A stretch of DNA of 64,000 bases. Origin: Gemmatimonadota bacterium. GTDB taxonomy: Bacteria; Gemmatimonadota; Gemmatimonadetes; Longimicrobiales; Gaopeijiaceae. The stretch covers positions 1,044 through 65,043 of the forward strand of contig JAPOYJ010000033.1 in assembly GCA_026706635.1 (NCBI GenBank), read 5' to 3'. Made by a program: the position numbers and the translations under genes. Positions 27,263-36,388 of this stretch are shown here, piece after piece (position 1 is the first letter of the stretch; each line of letters begins with the position of its first letter). The notes beneath the pieces were generated by a model, which searched no databases, was not told the DNA's origin, and worked only from the letters and a program-made list of their open reading frames with translations.

Positions 27263-30200
27263 CTAGTAGCGAACCTGCACACCGAGCTGGGCCCGGCGCG
27301 TATCGCCCAGCCCGCTCCGGATCGTGCCGTCGAAGTTGTAGAGCAGCGACCCCTGAGCGGTGTCGAGCGAGTTGTCCGCGTTCGTGGCGTTGAAGATCTC
27401 GAGGACAGGCTCGAGGCTCCAGCGGCTGGACACGGCAAAGGCCCGCGACGCCTTGATGTCCCACGTCAGGAACGCGTTGTGGCGGCGAAGCGTGTTTCGC
27501 TGCAGGACTCCACCCTTGGCGCAGAGGCGGTCCGAGGGCCCGGCGGCTCGGTCGCCAGCTTTGTCGCACTTCCCGGAGACGGGCGACGCCGAATGGTAGC
27601 GCGCGATGTTGCCGACCCGAACCCCGCCGGGCAGGGAGAGCGCCAGGTACCCCGTCGCCTTGTGGCGGCGGTCCCTGTCCGACCACCCGTACTCGGGTCC
27701 CAGATTGGAGGCGTCGGCGTAGCGCAGAGTGAAGGGGTCGCGCTCGTTGTCGTCGTCCGAGCGGTCGAAGGAGAGGGTGTAGCTCGCCTCCATCTCGGCG
27801 AGCCCCCCCAGCGCCTCGCGGCTGGCAATCGTGGCGGTCAGGGCGTGGTACCTCGACCGGGCAGAGCTCTCGAGCACGGTCAGCGTGCCGATTCCTCCGC
27901 CGCTCGGATGCGTCCCCACGCCGAAGGGCGACTCGAAGGCCGGGTCGTTGCGGTTGATGAAGCGGAATAGGTGGTCGGTGCGAGCGTGCTGGTAGGAGAG
28001 AGAGGCTGCAAGGCTCGGGGAGAGCGCCCGATCGACCTGGGCTCCGAACGACCAGGTGCGGGGTAGCTCCAGATCCCTCGCGGTGACGTGAATGTCGGGG
28101 AGGAAGGGATCGGTGGCGCTCCCGTCTATGAGCTCGTCGATCGCGGGAGGTCCCTGAGCGGGCAGCCCGGAGCTGTTGCGAAACAGGGTCTGCTGGTACG
28201 CTGCGTTGGTCGTGACGCTCTGGACGAAGACCAGCGAGGGGATACGTGCGTGGTATGCGCCGACGTTCAGCCGGAGCACGGTGCGCTCGCTCTCCCCCAG
28301 CTGCCAGGTCACCCCCAGCCGCGGCTGGAGGTTGTCGAGATCGTCCGGAATCGTGCCGTCCGATGGAAAGCGTGGGTCGGAGAGATAGGGCGCGTAGAAC
28401 GTCTCCTCGGGCGTCACGATCAGGCCGGGGTGCCAGCTGCCCTCCCAGCGAAGTCCCAGATTCAGCGTCAGGCGGCGGTTCGACCGCCAGGTGTCCTGCA
28501 CGAAGATCGCCAGCTCGTCGCCCCGGTAGCTCCCCAGCCCCAGCCGGGCCGGATCCACACCGGGCACGGTCGTCGCCTGCAGGTAGAGGAGGACGGGCCC
28601 TGTAATCTCCGCGCCCTGGCCACAGACACCCTCCGTGCTCTCGGATCCATCTGAACACGTCACGTAGCCCGGGCCATGCGTGACGAAGTTGATGAAGCCG
28701 TCCACCGTGTCGAAGAGATAGCGACCGTTGGCAAAGCCAATGAACTGTTGCCGGATGAGTGTGTGATTGTATTCGACGCCCGCCTTGAAGAGGTGCTCCC
28801 CGACAAGCCAGGACCAGTTGTCAACGAACTGAACGCGCCAGTCGTACGCGGGCTCGATGGGCAGGAAAAACGGCAGGCCGATACGGAATCCGTCCAACGT
28901 ATCCACGCCGATATCTGGAAATGGCCGTCCACCGAGCTTCGCAAATTGCGGAGTGGCGGGCGGGTCTGACCCGGGCATCAGCGGGCCGTCGTAGCCTCGG
29001 ATGCGGTCCTCCCGGGCCCACTGGACACGAAGCTCGTGCGACAGAGAGCTGCCAAGGAGGGTGCGCCAGCTCGCGCCGACGGAGTGCGCCTCGTCCGTCT
29101 CGACGCCGTTGGCCGAGAGCCCCCACGAGTCGACGTCGAAGGTGCCGTTCTGCTGCTCGGCCCAGCTGTAGCTGTAGCGCAGCGAGAGCTGATTGCGTCC
29201 GTCAGGATGGTAGTCGGCCTTGACAAGGAGCGCACGGGCGTTGTCGGTGCGGTCGATCGGGCCGAACTCGGAGTCGAAGAGTCCCGGCCAGCGCTCGACA
29301 AGAAAGTCGCGCAGCCGGTTCAGGTTGTCGGGATTGACGACGCGACGCGACGACTGCTTGGTCTCGGATGCCCGCTGCTCGTCGTACGCGAGGAAGAAGA
29401 AGGCCCTGTCGCGCACAATTGGGCCTCCAAGGGTGAAGCCGAGCTGGCCCCGGGCGAAGTCCGGCTCTCCGGTGCCCGATTCGGAGGGGTGTGCGGCCGA
29501 CACACCGTCCCACTGACCGAAGTAGTGGGCCGAGCCGGCGAGCGTGTTGGTGCCGGACTTCGTGATTACGTTGACGAAGCCGCCGGCGGACCGGCCAAAC
29601 TCGGCCGTCGCGCCCTGGTTTACAACGACCATCTCCTCGATCGCGGCCTGGCTGAAGGTGAAGGCGGGCCGCTGTCCGCCCCGCTGCTCGCCGAAGAAGG
29701 GATTGTTGAACTCTCCCCCATCCACGACGAAGTTGTTGAAAATCCCTCTCTGGCCGCTGATGTTGACCTCGTCGCCGTCGGGACCCTGCGAGATCGCGAC
29801 GCCTGGCGTCAGCAGCGCGAAGTCCAGGAAGTTGCGGCCGTCGTTCGGGAGTGAATTCACCGTCGGCTCCGGTAGGCGCGTGAGGCTTGTCGTCTCGTCG
29901 CCGCGCAGGAGACGGTCGGGCCGTCGGCGCACCGTGATCCCCTCCAGCTCGACCGGGCCGAAGCGGAGCACGAGGTCATGCTCGTCGCCCACTCGGAGGA
30001 CCAGGCCCCGGATCGTCGCCTCGCCAAGTGGGCCGCCCTCAGACGCCGAGATGTCGTATGTGCCGAGTGGCAGGAGGGGCCGCACGAAGGTGCCCGAGGC
30101 GGTCGTTCGGACCGAGGTTGCGAGGCCCGTCTCGCGGTGGCGGATCTCGACCGTTGCACCCGCGACCGGGGTGTCGCCCGGGTCCACCACTACTCCGCGG

Positions 30201-30382
30201 ATCACCCCGGTGGTCGCCTGACTCTGGGCCGAGAGGCCATGGCCGGATGTGGTCACGACGAGAGCAGGGAAGAACACGGCAAGAGCAGTGAATACCACAG
30301 CCAGAGCGGCGAAGGCACAGCGACCGCGGCATCGGCGCGGCCCAGTCGGGTCGTAGCGTATGATCATCGGAAGGGCGGGCAT
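27263..30382 (-). CDS. TonB-dependent outer-membrane receptor, Oar-like (carboxypeptidase-regulatory-like N-domain)
   Basis: Signal peptide; GVIRGVVVDPGDTPVAGATVEIR (CarbopepD_reg-like); plug; long barrel ending in the aromatic terminus ...LGVQVRY. Confidence 0.85.
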   Translation of the reverse strand: MPALPMIIRYDPTGPRRCRGRCAFAALAVVFTALAVFFPALVVTTSGHGLSAQSQATTGVIRGVVVDPGDTPVAGATVEIRHRETGLATSVRTTASGTFVRPLLPLGTYDISASEGGPLGEATIRGLVLRVGDEHDLVLRFGPVELEGITVRRRPDRLLRGDETTSLTRLPEPTVNSLPNDGRNFLDFALLTPGVAISQGPDGDEVNISGQRGIFNNFVVDGGEFNNPFFGEQRGGQRPAFTFSQAAIEEMVVVNQGATAEFGRSAGGFVNVITKSGTNTLAGSAHYFGQWDGVSAAHPSESGTGEPDFARGQLGFTLGGPIVRDRAFFFLAYDEQRASETKQSSRRVVNPDNLNRLRDFLVERWPGLFDSEFGPIDRTDNARALLVKADYHPDGRNQLSLRYSYSWAEQQNGTFDVDSWGLSANGVETDEAHSVGASWRTLLGSSLSHELRVQWAREDRIRGYDGPLMPGSDPPATPQFAKLGGRPFPDIGVDTLDGFRIGLPFFLPIEPAYDWRVQFVDNWSWLVGEHLFKAGVEYNHTLIRQQFIGFANGRYLFDTVDGFINFVTHGPGYVTCSDGSESTEGVCGQGAEITGPVLLYLQATTVPGVDPARLGLGSYRGDELAIFVQDTWRSNRRLTLNLGLRWEGSWHPGLIVTPEETFYAPYLSDPRFPSDGTIPDDLDNLQPRLGVTWQLGESERTVLRLNVGAYHARIPSLVFVQSVTTNAAYQQTLFRNSSGLPAQGPPAIDELIDGSATDPFLPDIHVTARDLELPRTWSFGAQVDRALSPSLAASLSYQHARTDHLFRFINRNDPAFESPFGVGTHPSGGGIGTLTVLESSARSRYHALTATIASREALGGLAEMEASYTLSFDRSDDDNERDPFTLRYADASNLGPEYGWSDRDRRHKATGYLALSLPGGVRVGNIARYHSASPVSGKCDKAGDRAAGPSDRLCAKGGVLQRNTLRRHNAFLTWDIKASRAFAVSSRWSLEPVLEIFNATNADNSLDTAQGSLLYNFDGTIRSGLGDTRRAQLGVQVRY

Positions 30383-30520
30383 CTCCGGCTAGGCGGTGCG
30401 CTGCTACCAGTCCACTGATAGTACCGCGCGAGCACCGTGAGCTGAACGGGCGGGCGAGCGAAGCGATCTAGCGGGGAAGCAGCGTTGCCAGGGGGCGCTG
30501 GCAACTCGACAGTGACGGTT

Positions 30521-30547
30521 GAACCCATGCGGATTCCGCAATAGTTT
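30521..30547 (+). repeat. REP-like hairpin element, copy 4 (inner stem GCGG/CCGC)
   Basis: gaacccatgcggattccgcaatagttt. Confidence 0.6.
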
Positions 30548-30582
30548 GGGCTATCGCCTGAGGGTCCTCGGCCCCCCGCGCG

Positions 30583-32811
30583 CTACGGGCTGGCGCCCGT
30601 CCCCCTGCCAGTCGTCGCACTCCATGCGTCTCGGTCCGGCACCCCGCGGCTCCAGCGCACCACATGGCCCGGCGGCACGCTCGGCCGCTCGGCGAAGTCG
30701 CCCCGGATGGCGCGCACCTGCCCGCTCCGCACGTCGCGGATCAGCGCCATCGTCGCCTCCGTGTCGCCGTCGAGGGTGACCAGTGCGTCCCCCGGGCCAG
30801 CCAGGACGAGGGTCGTGAGCGCCTCCCACCCCGGCTCGACCGGCAAGAGAAAGACGAAGATCCCGGTCCCCTCCTCCGCGTCCGCCGGCTCGTCCATCTC
30901 GAAGGAAATCGAGAAGAGCTCCAGCTGAGCGGCGTCCAGCCCCGTCAGCGTGTAGTCGCCACGCGCCTCCGGCAGCAGCCTCCGGCCCTCCACCAGGAGC
31001 GCCGGGTCCATCGACAGCTCCCCCGACGGACTCCGCGCGCCCCACACCAGCAGCGACGGCCCCGTCCGGTGCCTCGCCTCGCCGGACGACATCTCCTGCC
31101 CGGTCCTGTGCCGATGCGCCTTCTCGAAGTGGTAGTCGCTGACCCACTTTGGCTCGCAGTAGGTCATGAGGTCCTTCGCCTCATCCCTGTCGATCAGCGA
31201 GTCGCCGCGGTGATCGTGGCCCCACGCGCCTACGCTGCCGTCCTCGTAGGGGTACTCGGGATCGACACCCCTCGGATCGCCGCATGGAGCGTGCAAGAGG
31301 CCCAGGTTGTGCCCCAGCTCGTGCGCCATTACCGAAGCGTCGGGTACAGAGGCCGAGGAGGTGCCGGGACGATCTGCGGTGCCCCGCACATCCGAGAACC
31401 ACGGCATCAGGCCCATCCAGTATCCCGACCCACTCTCGGCAGCCCGGATCGCAGCGGTCCGGAGCAGCACAGCGTACCCGCTCCTGCTGTCGATTTCGAC
31501 CGGGTCGTGGTCGTCCACGGCCATCTCCTCGATCGGGAGCAGATCATAGGTGTCGTGGAGGAGTTCGTGGTCTTCCTCGTCGTCGGCCATCTCCTCCACG
31601 GTCTCGATCACCGACGAGTCGGGGTCCTCCGTGTAGAGGAACGGGATGGCCGTGAGTTCGAAGCCGGGCACGCCCTCCACCCCCAGATCCAGCTCGCCGC
31701 TCTCCGGGATTCGCTTGGTGGTGAGGATCTCGGCGTCGATCGTCGAGTCGGGGTCGATCTCGATCACCACCGAGAGTCCCTCCTCGATCACCGAATCGGG
31801 AATCGTCACGTTCAGCGACCTGTCGAGCGAACCCTCGTCGATATCGGTCGGGATCGGCTCGGACGTGCCGTCGATCTCGACCGAATATCTCTCCTCGTCG
31901 TCGACGTAGAATGTCGCCGTCGCCGGTGGCAGCGTCTCCGTCGTCGTGCGGGTGGCGGTTACGAAGACCCTGAGGAGAGCCTCCCTCTCCGCCACCACGG
32001 GCACCGGATGACTCCGCGACTGCACCGCCTGCACCATGTACGCGTCCGCAGGACGGTCGGCGCAGATCGTGGCCCGGCGTTTGGGAATGTCCCCGTACCA
32101 GTCCATGAGCGCTTCCGGCACGCACACGTCCGTCCCGTGCGCGAGGAATTCCCCCAGCGACGTCAGCTTGGAGAAGCTGGACGGCAGCTCGCCTTCGAGG
32201 TCGGCATTATTGTACACCCTGAGAATCTCAAGACCGCGCAGGTCGCCCAGCTCCGGCGGGATCGGGCCGGAGAGACCGTTGTCGTACAGGTGTAGCCTCT
32301 CAACCCGGCCGTCGGCGTCCGTGTACACGCCGTACCACGCATCAAGGGGCCAATCGGTGAGCCAGTTCGTGTTGTGGGCCCAGTTGTCTCCGTCGGTTTC
32401 GTCGTACAGGATCTCCAGCACTTCCCGGTTGGTGGGCCGCCGGACGCTGGCGGAGAAGGTCTGGGTTGCCGAGAGGCCGCCGTCGGAGGCAGTCACGGTA
32501 ACCTCCGCGCTCCCAACAGCCACCCCCGTGACCGCTGCGGCGTCACCCGAGACGGCGACGGTCGCCACATCGGTGTCCGAAGAGTTCGCGGAGTATCCCA
32601 GGTCGTCGCCGTCTGGATCGCTGAAGTGCTCGGCGACCGCGACCTCCACCGTCGTGTCGACCCTGATCTCCAGATCGTCGATCTTCCCGACCGCCTCGGG
32701 GGCACCGTTCCCATCGCAGCCGACGGCCCCCAGGGCAGCCGCGACCAGGACAGGGACGGCGCAGGTGGCCGGGACACTCGCGGCACTGCTGGACACTGAG
32801 CCTGAAAACAT
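30583..32811 (-). CDS. lipoprotein: Big_2-like Ig domain + short LRR + metzincin-type zinc metalloprotease domain (paralog 1)
   Basis: Lipobox LGAVGC; HELGHNLGLLHAPCG (HExxHxxGxxH). Start moved to the ATG at 32811 by comparison with paralog 2; the upstream 36 nt are conserved 5' UTR. Confidence 0.75.
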   Translation of the reverse strand: MFSGSVSSSAASVPATCAVPVLVAAALGAVGCDGNGAPEAVGKIDDLEIRVDTTVEVAVAEHFSDPDGDDLGYSANSSDTDVATVAVSGDAAAVTGVAVGSAEVTVTASDGGLSATQTFSASVRRPTNREVLEILYDETDGDNWAHNTNWLTDWPLDAWYGVYTDADGRVERLHLYDNGLSGPIPPELGDLRGLEILRVYNNADLEGELPSSFSKLTSLGEFLAHGTDVCVPEALMDWYGDIPKRRATICADRPADAYMVQAVQSRSHPVPVVAEREALLRVFVTATRTTTETLPPATATFYVDDEERYSVEIDGTSEPIPTDIDEGSLDRSLNVTIPDSVIEEGLSVVIEIDPDSTIDAEILTTKRIPESGELDLGVEGVPGFELTAIPFLYTEDPDSSVIETVEEMADDEEDHELLHDTYDLLPIEEMAVDDHDPVEIDSRSGYAVLLRTAAIRAAESGSGYWMGLMPWFSDVRGTADRPGTSSASVPDASVMAHELGHNLGLLHAPCGDPRGVDPEYPYEDGSVGAWGHDHRGDSLIDRDEAKDLMTYCEPKWVSDYHFEKAHRHRTGQEMSSGEARHRTGPSLLVWGARSPSGELSMDPALLVEGRRLLPEARGDYTLTGLDAAQLELFSISFEMDEPADAEEGTGIFVFLLPVEPGWEALTTLVLAGPGDALVTLDGDTEATMALIRDVRSGQVRAIRGDFAERPSVPPGHVVRWSRGVPDRDAWSATTGRGTGASP

Positions 32812-32943
32812 GTCGCCCACGCTAAGGCGTGCGTCCTTCATTCGCAAAAGCCCCTCGCCGCCTTAGTCGTACCGCCCCCGGTGGAGATCGTGACGCCGAC
32901 GGAGGCGCTCTACGGGCTCGCCAGCGGGGTCGCGGTGACGGTT

Positions 32944-32970
32944 GAACCTATGCGGATTCCGCAATAGTTC
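32944..32970 (+). repeat. REP-like hairpin element, copy 5
   Basis: gaacctatgcggattccgcaatagttc. Confidence 0.6.
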
Positions 32971-33007
32971 GGCCTATCGCCAGAAGCTCCGCGGCCCCCC
33001 CTGCACG

Positions 33008-35527
33008 CTACGGGCCGGCACCCGTCCCCCTGCCAGTCATCACGCTCCATGCATAGCGGTCCGGCACCCCGCGGCTCCAGCGCACCACGTGGCCCGGCGG
33101 CACGCTCGGCCGCTCGGCGAAGTCGCCCCGGATGGCGCGCACCTGCCCGCTCCGCTCGTCGCGGATCAGCGCCATCGTCGCCTCCGAGTCGCCGTCGAGG
33201 GTGAACAGGGCGTCCCCCGGGCCGGCCAGGACGAGGCTCGCGAGCGCCTTCCACCCCGGCTCGACAGGCAATAGGAAGACGAACATTCCGGTCCCCTCCT
33301 CCGCGTCCGCCGGCTCGTCCATATCGAACGAAATCGAGAAGAGCTCGCGCTGAGCGCCGTCCAGCCCCGTCAGCGTGTAGTCGCCACGCGCCTCTGGGAG
33401 CAGGCTCCGGCCCTCCACCAGCAGCGCCGGGTCCATCGACAGCTCCCCGGACGGGCTCCGCGTGCCCCACACCAGGAGCGACGGCCCCGTCCGGCGCCTT
33501 GCCTCGCCGCGCCACATCTCCTGCACGGTCCTGTGCCCGAAGGCGTTCGTGAAGTGGTAGTCGCTGACCCACTCCGGCTCGCAGTAGGTCATCAGGTCCT
33601 TCGCCTCATCCTTGTCGATCAGCGAGTCGCCGCGGTGATCGTAGCCCCACGCGCCAATGCTGCCGTCCCCGTAGGGGTAGGCGGGGTCGGGCGAGCCGGC
33701 ACCACCGCATGGAGCGTGCCGAAGGCTCAGGTTGTGCCCCAGCTCGTGCGCGATAATCCAGGCGACGGGAACGGAGGCCGAGGAGGTGCTGGGAACTCCG
33801 TCAGCGACGCCCCGCACATCCGAGAAACTCGGCATCAGGCCCATCCAGTATCCCGATCCGCTCTCGGCGGCTCGAATCGCAATGGTCCGGAACAGCACAG
33901 CGTACCCGCTCCTGCTGTCGATCTCGACGGGGTCGTGGCCGTCAACGGTCATCTCCTCGATCGGGAGCAGATCGTAGGTTTCGTGGAGGAGCTCGTGGTT
34001 CTCCTCGTCCTCCGCCATCCCCTCGACATCCTCGATCACCGAAGAATCGGGGTCGCGGGTGTACAGAAACGGAATGGCCGTGAGCTCGAAGTCGGGCACG
34101 CCCTCCACCCCCAGGTCCAGCTCGCCGCTCTCCGGGATCCGCTTGGCGGTGAGGATCTCGGCGTCGATCGTCGAGTCGGGGTCGATCTCGATCACCACCG
34201 AGAGTCCCTCCTCGATCACCGAATCGGGAATCGTCACGTTCAGCGACCTGTCGAGCGAACCCTCGTCGATATCGGTCGGGATCGGCTCGGACGTGCCGTC
34301 GATCTCGACCGAATATCTCTCCTCGTCGTCGACGTAGAATGTCGCCGTCGCCGGTGGCAGCGTCTCCGTCGTCGTGCGGGTGGCGGTTACGAAGACCCTG
34401 AGGAGAGCCTCCTTCTCCGCCACCACGGGCACCGGATGACTCCGCGACTGCACTGCCTGCACCAGGTACGCGTCCGCAGGACGGTCGGCGCAGACCATGG
34501 CCCGCCGCCTGGGAATGCCCCGGTACCAGTCCAGCAGCGTGTCCGGCACGCACACGCCCGTCCCGTGCGCGAGGAATTCCTCCAGCGACGTCAGCTTGGA
34601 GAAGCTGGACGGCAGCTCGCCTTCGAGGTCGGCGTTGTTGTGCATGTGGAGCCGCAAGAGCTCACTCAGGTCGCCCAGCTCCGGGGGGATCGGGCCGGAG
34701 AGATCGTTGTCGTGCAGGTATAGGTAGCCGAGATTGCCCAGGTCTCCCATCTCCGGGGGGATCGGGCCGGAGAGACTGTTGCGTTGCAGGTATAGGTAGC
34801 CAAGTCTGTCCAGGTCGCCCAGCTCCGGGGGGATCGGGCCGGAGAGATCGTTGTCGTGCAGGTATAGGTAGCCGAGATTGCCCAGGTCGCCCAGCTCCGG
34901 GGGGATCGGGCCGGAGAGACTGTTGGAGTACAGGTGTAGCCACTCTAGATTGCTCAGACCGCCCATCTCCGGGGGGATCGGGCCGGAGAGATCGTTGTAG
35001 CCCAGGTGTAGCGTCTCAACCCGACCGTCGGCATCCGCGCCTACCCCGTACCACTCGTCAAGGGGCCCGTCGGTGAGCCAGTTCGTTCTGTAGGCCCAGT
35101 TGTCTCCGTCGGTATTGTCGTACAGGATCTCCAACACTTCCCGGTTGGTGGGCCGCCGGACGATGGCGACGAAGTTCTGGTTTGCCGAGAGGCTGCCGTC
35201 GGAGGCAGTCGCGGTGATCTCCGCGCTCCCAACAGCCACCCCCGTGACCGCTACGGCGTCTCCCGAGCGGGCGACGGTGGCAACATCAGTGTCCGAAGAG
35301 CTCGCGGAGTAGCGGAGGTCGTCTCCGTCTGGATCGCTGAAGTACTCGGCGAGCACGATCTTCACCGTTGTGTCCACCGTGATCTCCAGATCGTCGATCA
35401 CCCCGACCGCCCCAGGAGCGCCGTTCCCATCGCAGCCGACGGCCCACAGGGCAGCCGCGACTAGTACGGAGACGCCGCAGGTGGCCGGGACACTCGCGAC
35501 AGTGCTGGAGCCTGAGTCTGGAGGCAT
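33008..35527 (-). CDS. lipoprotein: Big_2-like Ig domain + expanded 24-residue LRR array + metzincin domain (paralog 2)
   Basis: Lipobox LWAVGC; HELGHNLSLRHAPCG; repeated LSGPIPPELGDLxNLGYLYLHDND units. Confidence 0.75.
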   Translation of the reverse strand: MPPDSGSSTVASVPATCGVSVLVAAALWAVGCDGNGAPGAVGVIDDLEITVDTTVKIVLAEYFSDPDGDDLRYSASSSDTDVATVARSGDAVAVTGVAVGSAEITATASDGSLSANQNFVAIVRRPTNREVLEILYDNTDGDNWAYRTNWLTDGPLDEWYGVGADADGRVETLHLGYNDLSGPIPPEMGGLSNLEWLHLYSNSLSGPIPPELGDLGNLGYLYLHDNDLSGPIPPELGDLDRLGYLYLQRNSLSGPIPPEMGDLGNLGYLYLHDNDLSGPIPPELGDLSELLRLHMHNNADLEGELPSSFSKLTSLEEFLAHGTGVCVPDTLLDWYRGIPRRRAMVCADRPADAYLVQAVQSRSHPVPVVAEKEALLRVFVTATRTTTETLPPATATFYVDDEERYSVEIDGTSEPIPTDIDEGSLDRSLNVTIPDSVIEEGLSVVIEIDPDSTIDAEILTAKRIPESGELDLGVEGVPDFELTAIPFLYTRDPDSSVIEDVEGMAEDEENHELLHETYDLLPIEEMTVDGHDPVEIDSRSGYAVLFRTIAIRAAESGSGYWMGLMPSFSDVRGVADGVPSTSSASVPVAWIIAHELGHNLSLRHAPCGGAGSPDPAYPYGDGSIGAWGYDHRGDSLIDKDEAKDLMTYCEPEWVSDYHFTNAFGHRTVQEMWRGEARRRTGPSLLVWGTRSPSGELSMDPALLVEGRSLLPEARGDYTLTGLDGAQRELFSISFDMDEPADAEEGTGMFVFLLPVEPGWKALASLVLAGPGDALFTLDGDSEATMALIRDERSGQVRAIRGDFAERPSVPPGHVVRWSRGVPDRYAWSVMTGRGTGAGP
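34667..35026. repeat. five tandem 72-bp units (coding, = 24-aa LRR units)
   Basis: Repeated ...ccagctccggggggatcgggccggagagatcgttgtcgtgcaggtataggtagccgagattgcccaggtcgc... read directly. Confidence 0.8.
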
Positions 35528-35578
35528 GGTCGCCTATGCTAAGGCGTGCGTCCTTCATTCGCAAAAGCCGTCGTGCGG

Positions 35579-36388
35579 CTACCCGTACCGCCCCTCGATG
35601 TAGTCGGCCGTCTCGGAGTGCCTGGGCGACAGGAACAGCTCCTCGGTGAGACCGTGCTCCACGATCCGGCCCAGCAGCATGAAGACGCACTCCTCCGACG
35701 CGCGCCGCGCCTGCGCCATGTTGTGCGTGACGATCAGGATCGTGTACTCGCCGCGCAGCCTCCAGATCAGCTCCTCGACGGCCTCCGTGCCTGCGGGGTC
35801 GAGCGCCGAGCACGGCTCGTCCATGAGTAGCACCTGGGGCTTCACCGGGAGGAGCCGCGCGATGCAGAGCTTCTGCTGCTCCTCGAGCGAGAGTCCGGTA
35901 GCGGGCCTGTCCAGGCGGTCCTTCACACTGTCCCAGAGCAGCACCTGGCGCAGCGACGACTCCAGAACCTCATCCTCCTCCGCTGCGCTCACCCTGCGCA
36001 GCCGCGCCTCGTGCAGCCGGAATCCGAAGAGGACGTTCTCGCGGATCGAGATCGGGAGCGGATTGGGGCGCTGGAAGACCATGCCGATCCTCTTGCGCAC
36101 CTGCACCAGCTCGACGTCGTCCCCGAAGATATCGTGGCCCAGGACGTAGACGCTCCCGGTGGTGCGCACGTACCCAAGCCGCTCGATGATGCGGTTGCAC
36201 GTCCGGAGCAGGGTTGTCTTGCCGCACCCGGACGGGCCGATCATCGAGGTTATCGTTCCCCGTCCGACCCCAAGATCGACGTCGAAGAGCGCCTGGAAGT
36301 CGCCGTACCAGAGGTTCAGCCCCCGGGTCTCGATGGCGAAGTCGCCGCCGCCAGGGGCCTGCGGGCGCGACCCCCCCGGGCTATCCAT
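35579..36388 (-). CDS. pstB: phosphate ABC transporter ATPase, copy 1 (intact Walker A/B, Q- and H-loops; degenerate signature LSLEEQQ)
   Basis: GPSGCGKTT, MVFQRPNPLPISI, LLMDEPCSALD, VTHNMAQA, C-terminal YIEGRYG. LSLEEQQKL stands where LSGGQQQRL is expected. Confidence 0.9.
   Translation of the reverse strand: MDSPGGSRPQAPGGGDFAIETRGLNLWYGDFQALFDVDLGVGRGTITSMIGPSGCGKTTLLRTCNRIIERLGYVRTTGSVYVLGHDIFGDDVELVQVRKRIGMVFQRPNPLPISIRENVLFGFRLHEARLRRVSAAEEDEVLESSLRQVLLWDSVKDRLDRPATGLSLEEQQKLCIARLLPVKPQVLLMDEPCSALDPAGTEAVEELIWRLRGEYTILIVTHNMAQARRASEECVFMLLGRIVEHGLTEELFLSPRHSETADYIEGRYG

Noticed and set aside
34667-35026. Regular 72-bp repeats as a possible CRISPR array.
   Set aside because: There are no unique spacers (units are contiguous). 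The repeats lie inside a long ORF and translate into perfect 24-aa LRR units. No cas genes are present.
30583-35527. Diversity-generating retroelement (template/variable repeat) as the explanation for the identical tract between the paralogs.
   Set aside because: There is no reverse transcriptase or accessory gene nearby. Differences between the copies are not adenine-specific in the parts I compared. Gene conversion after tandem duplication is simpler.
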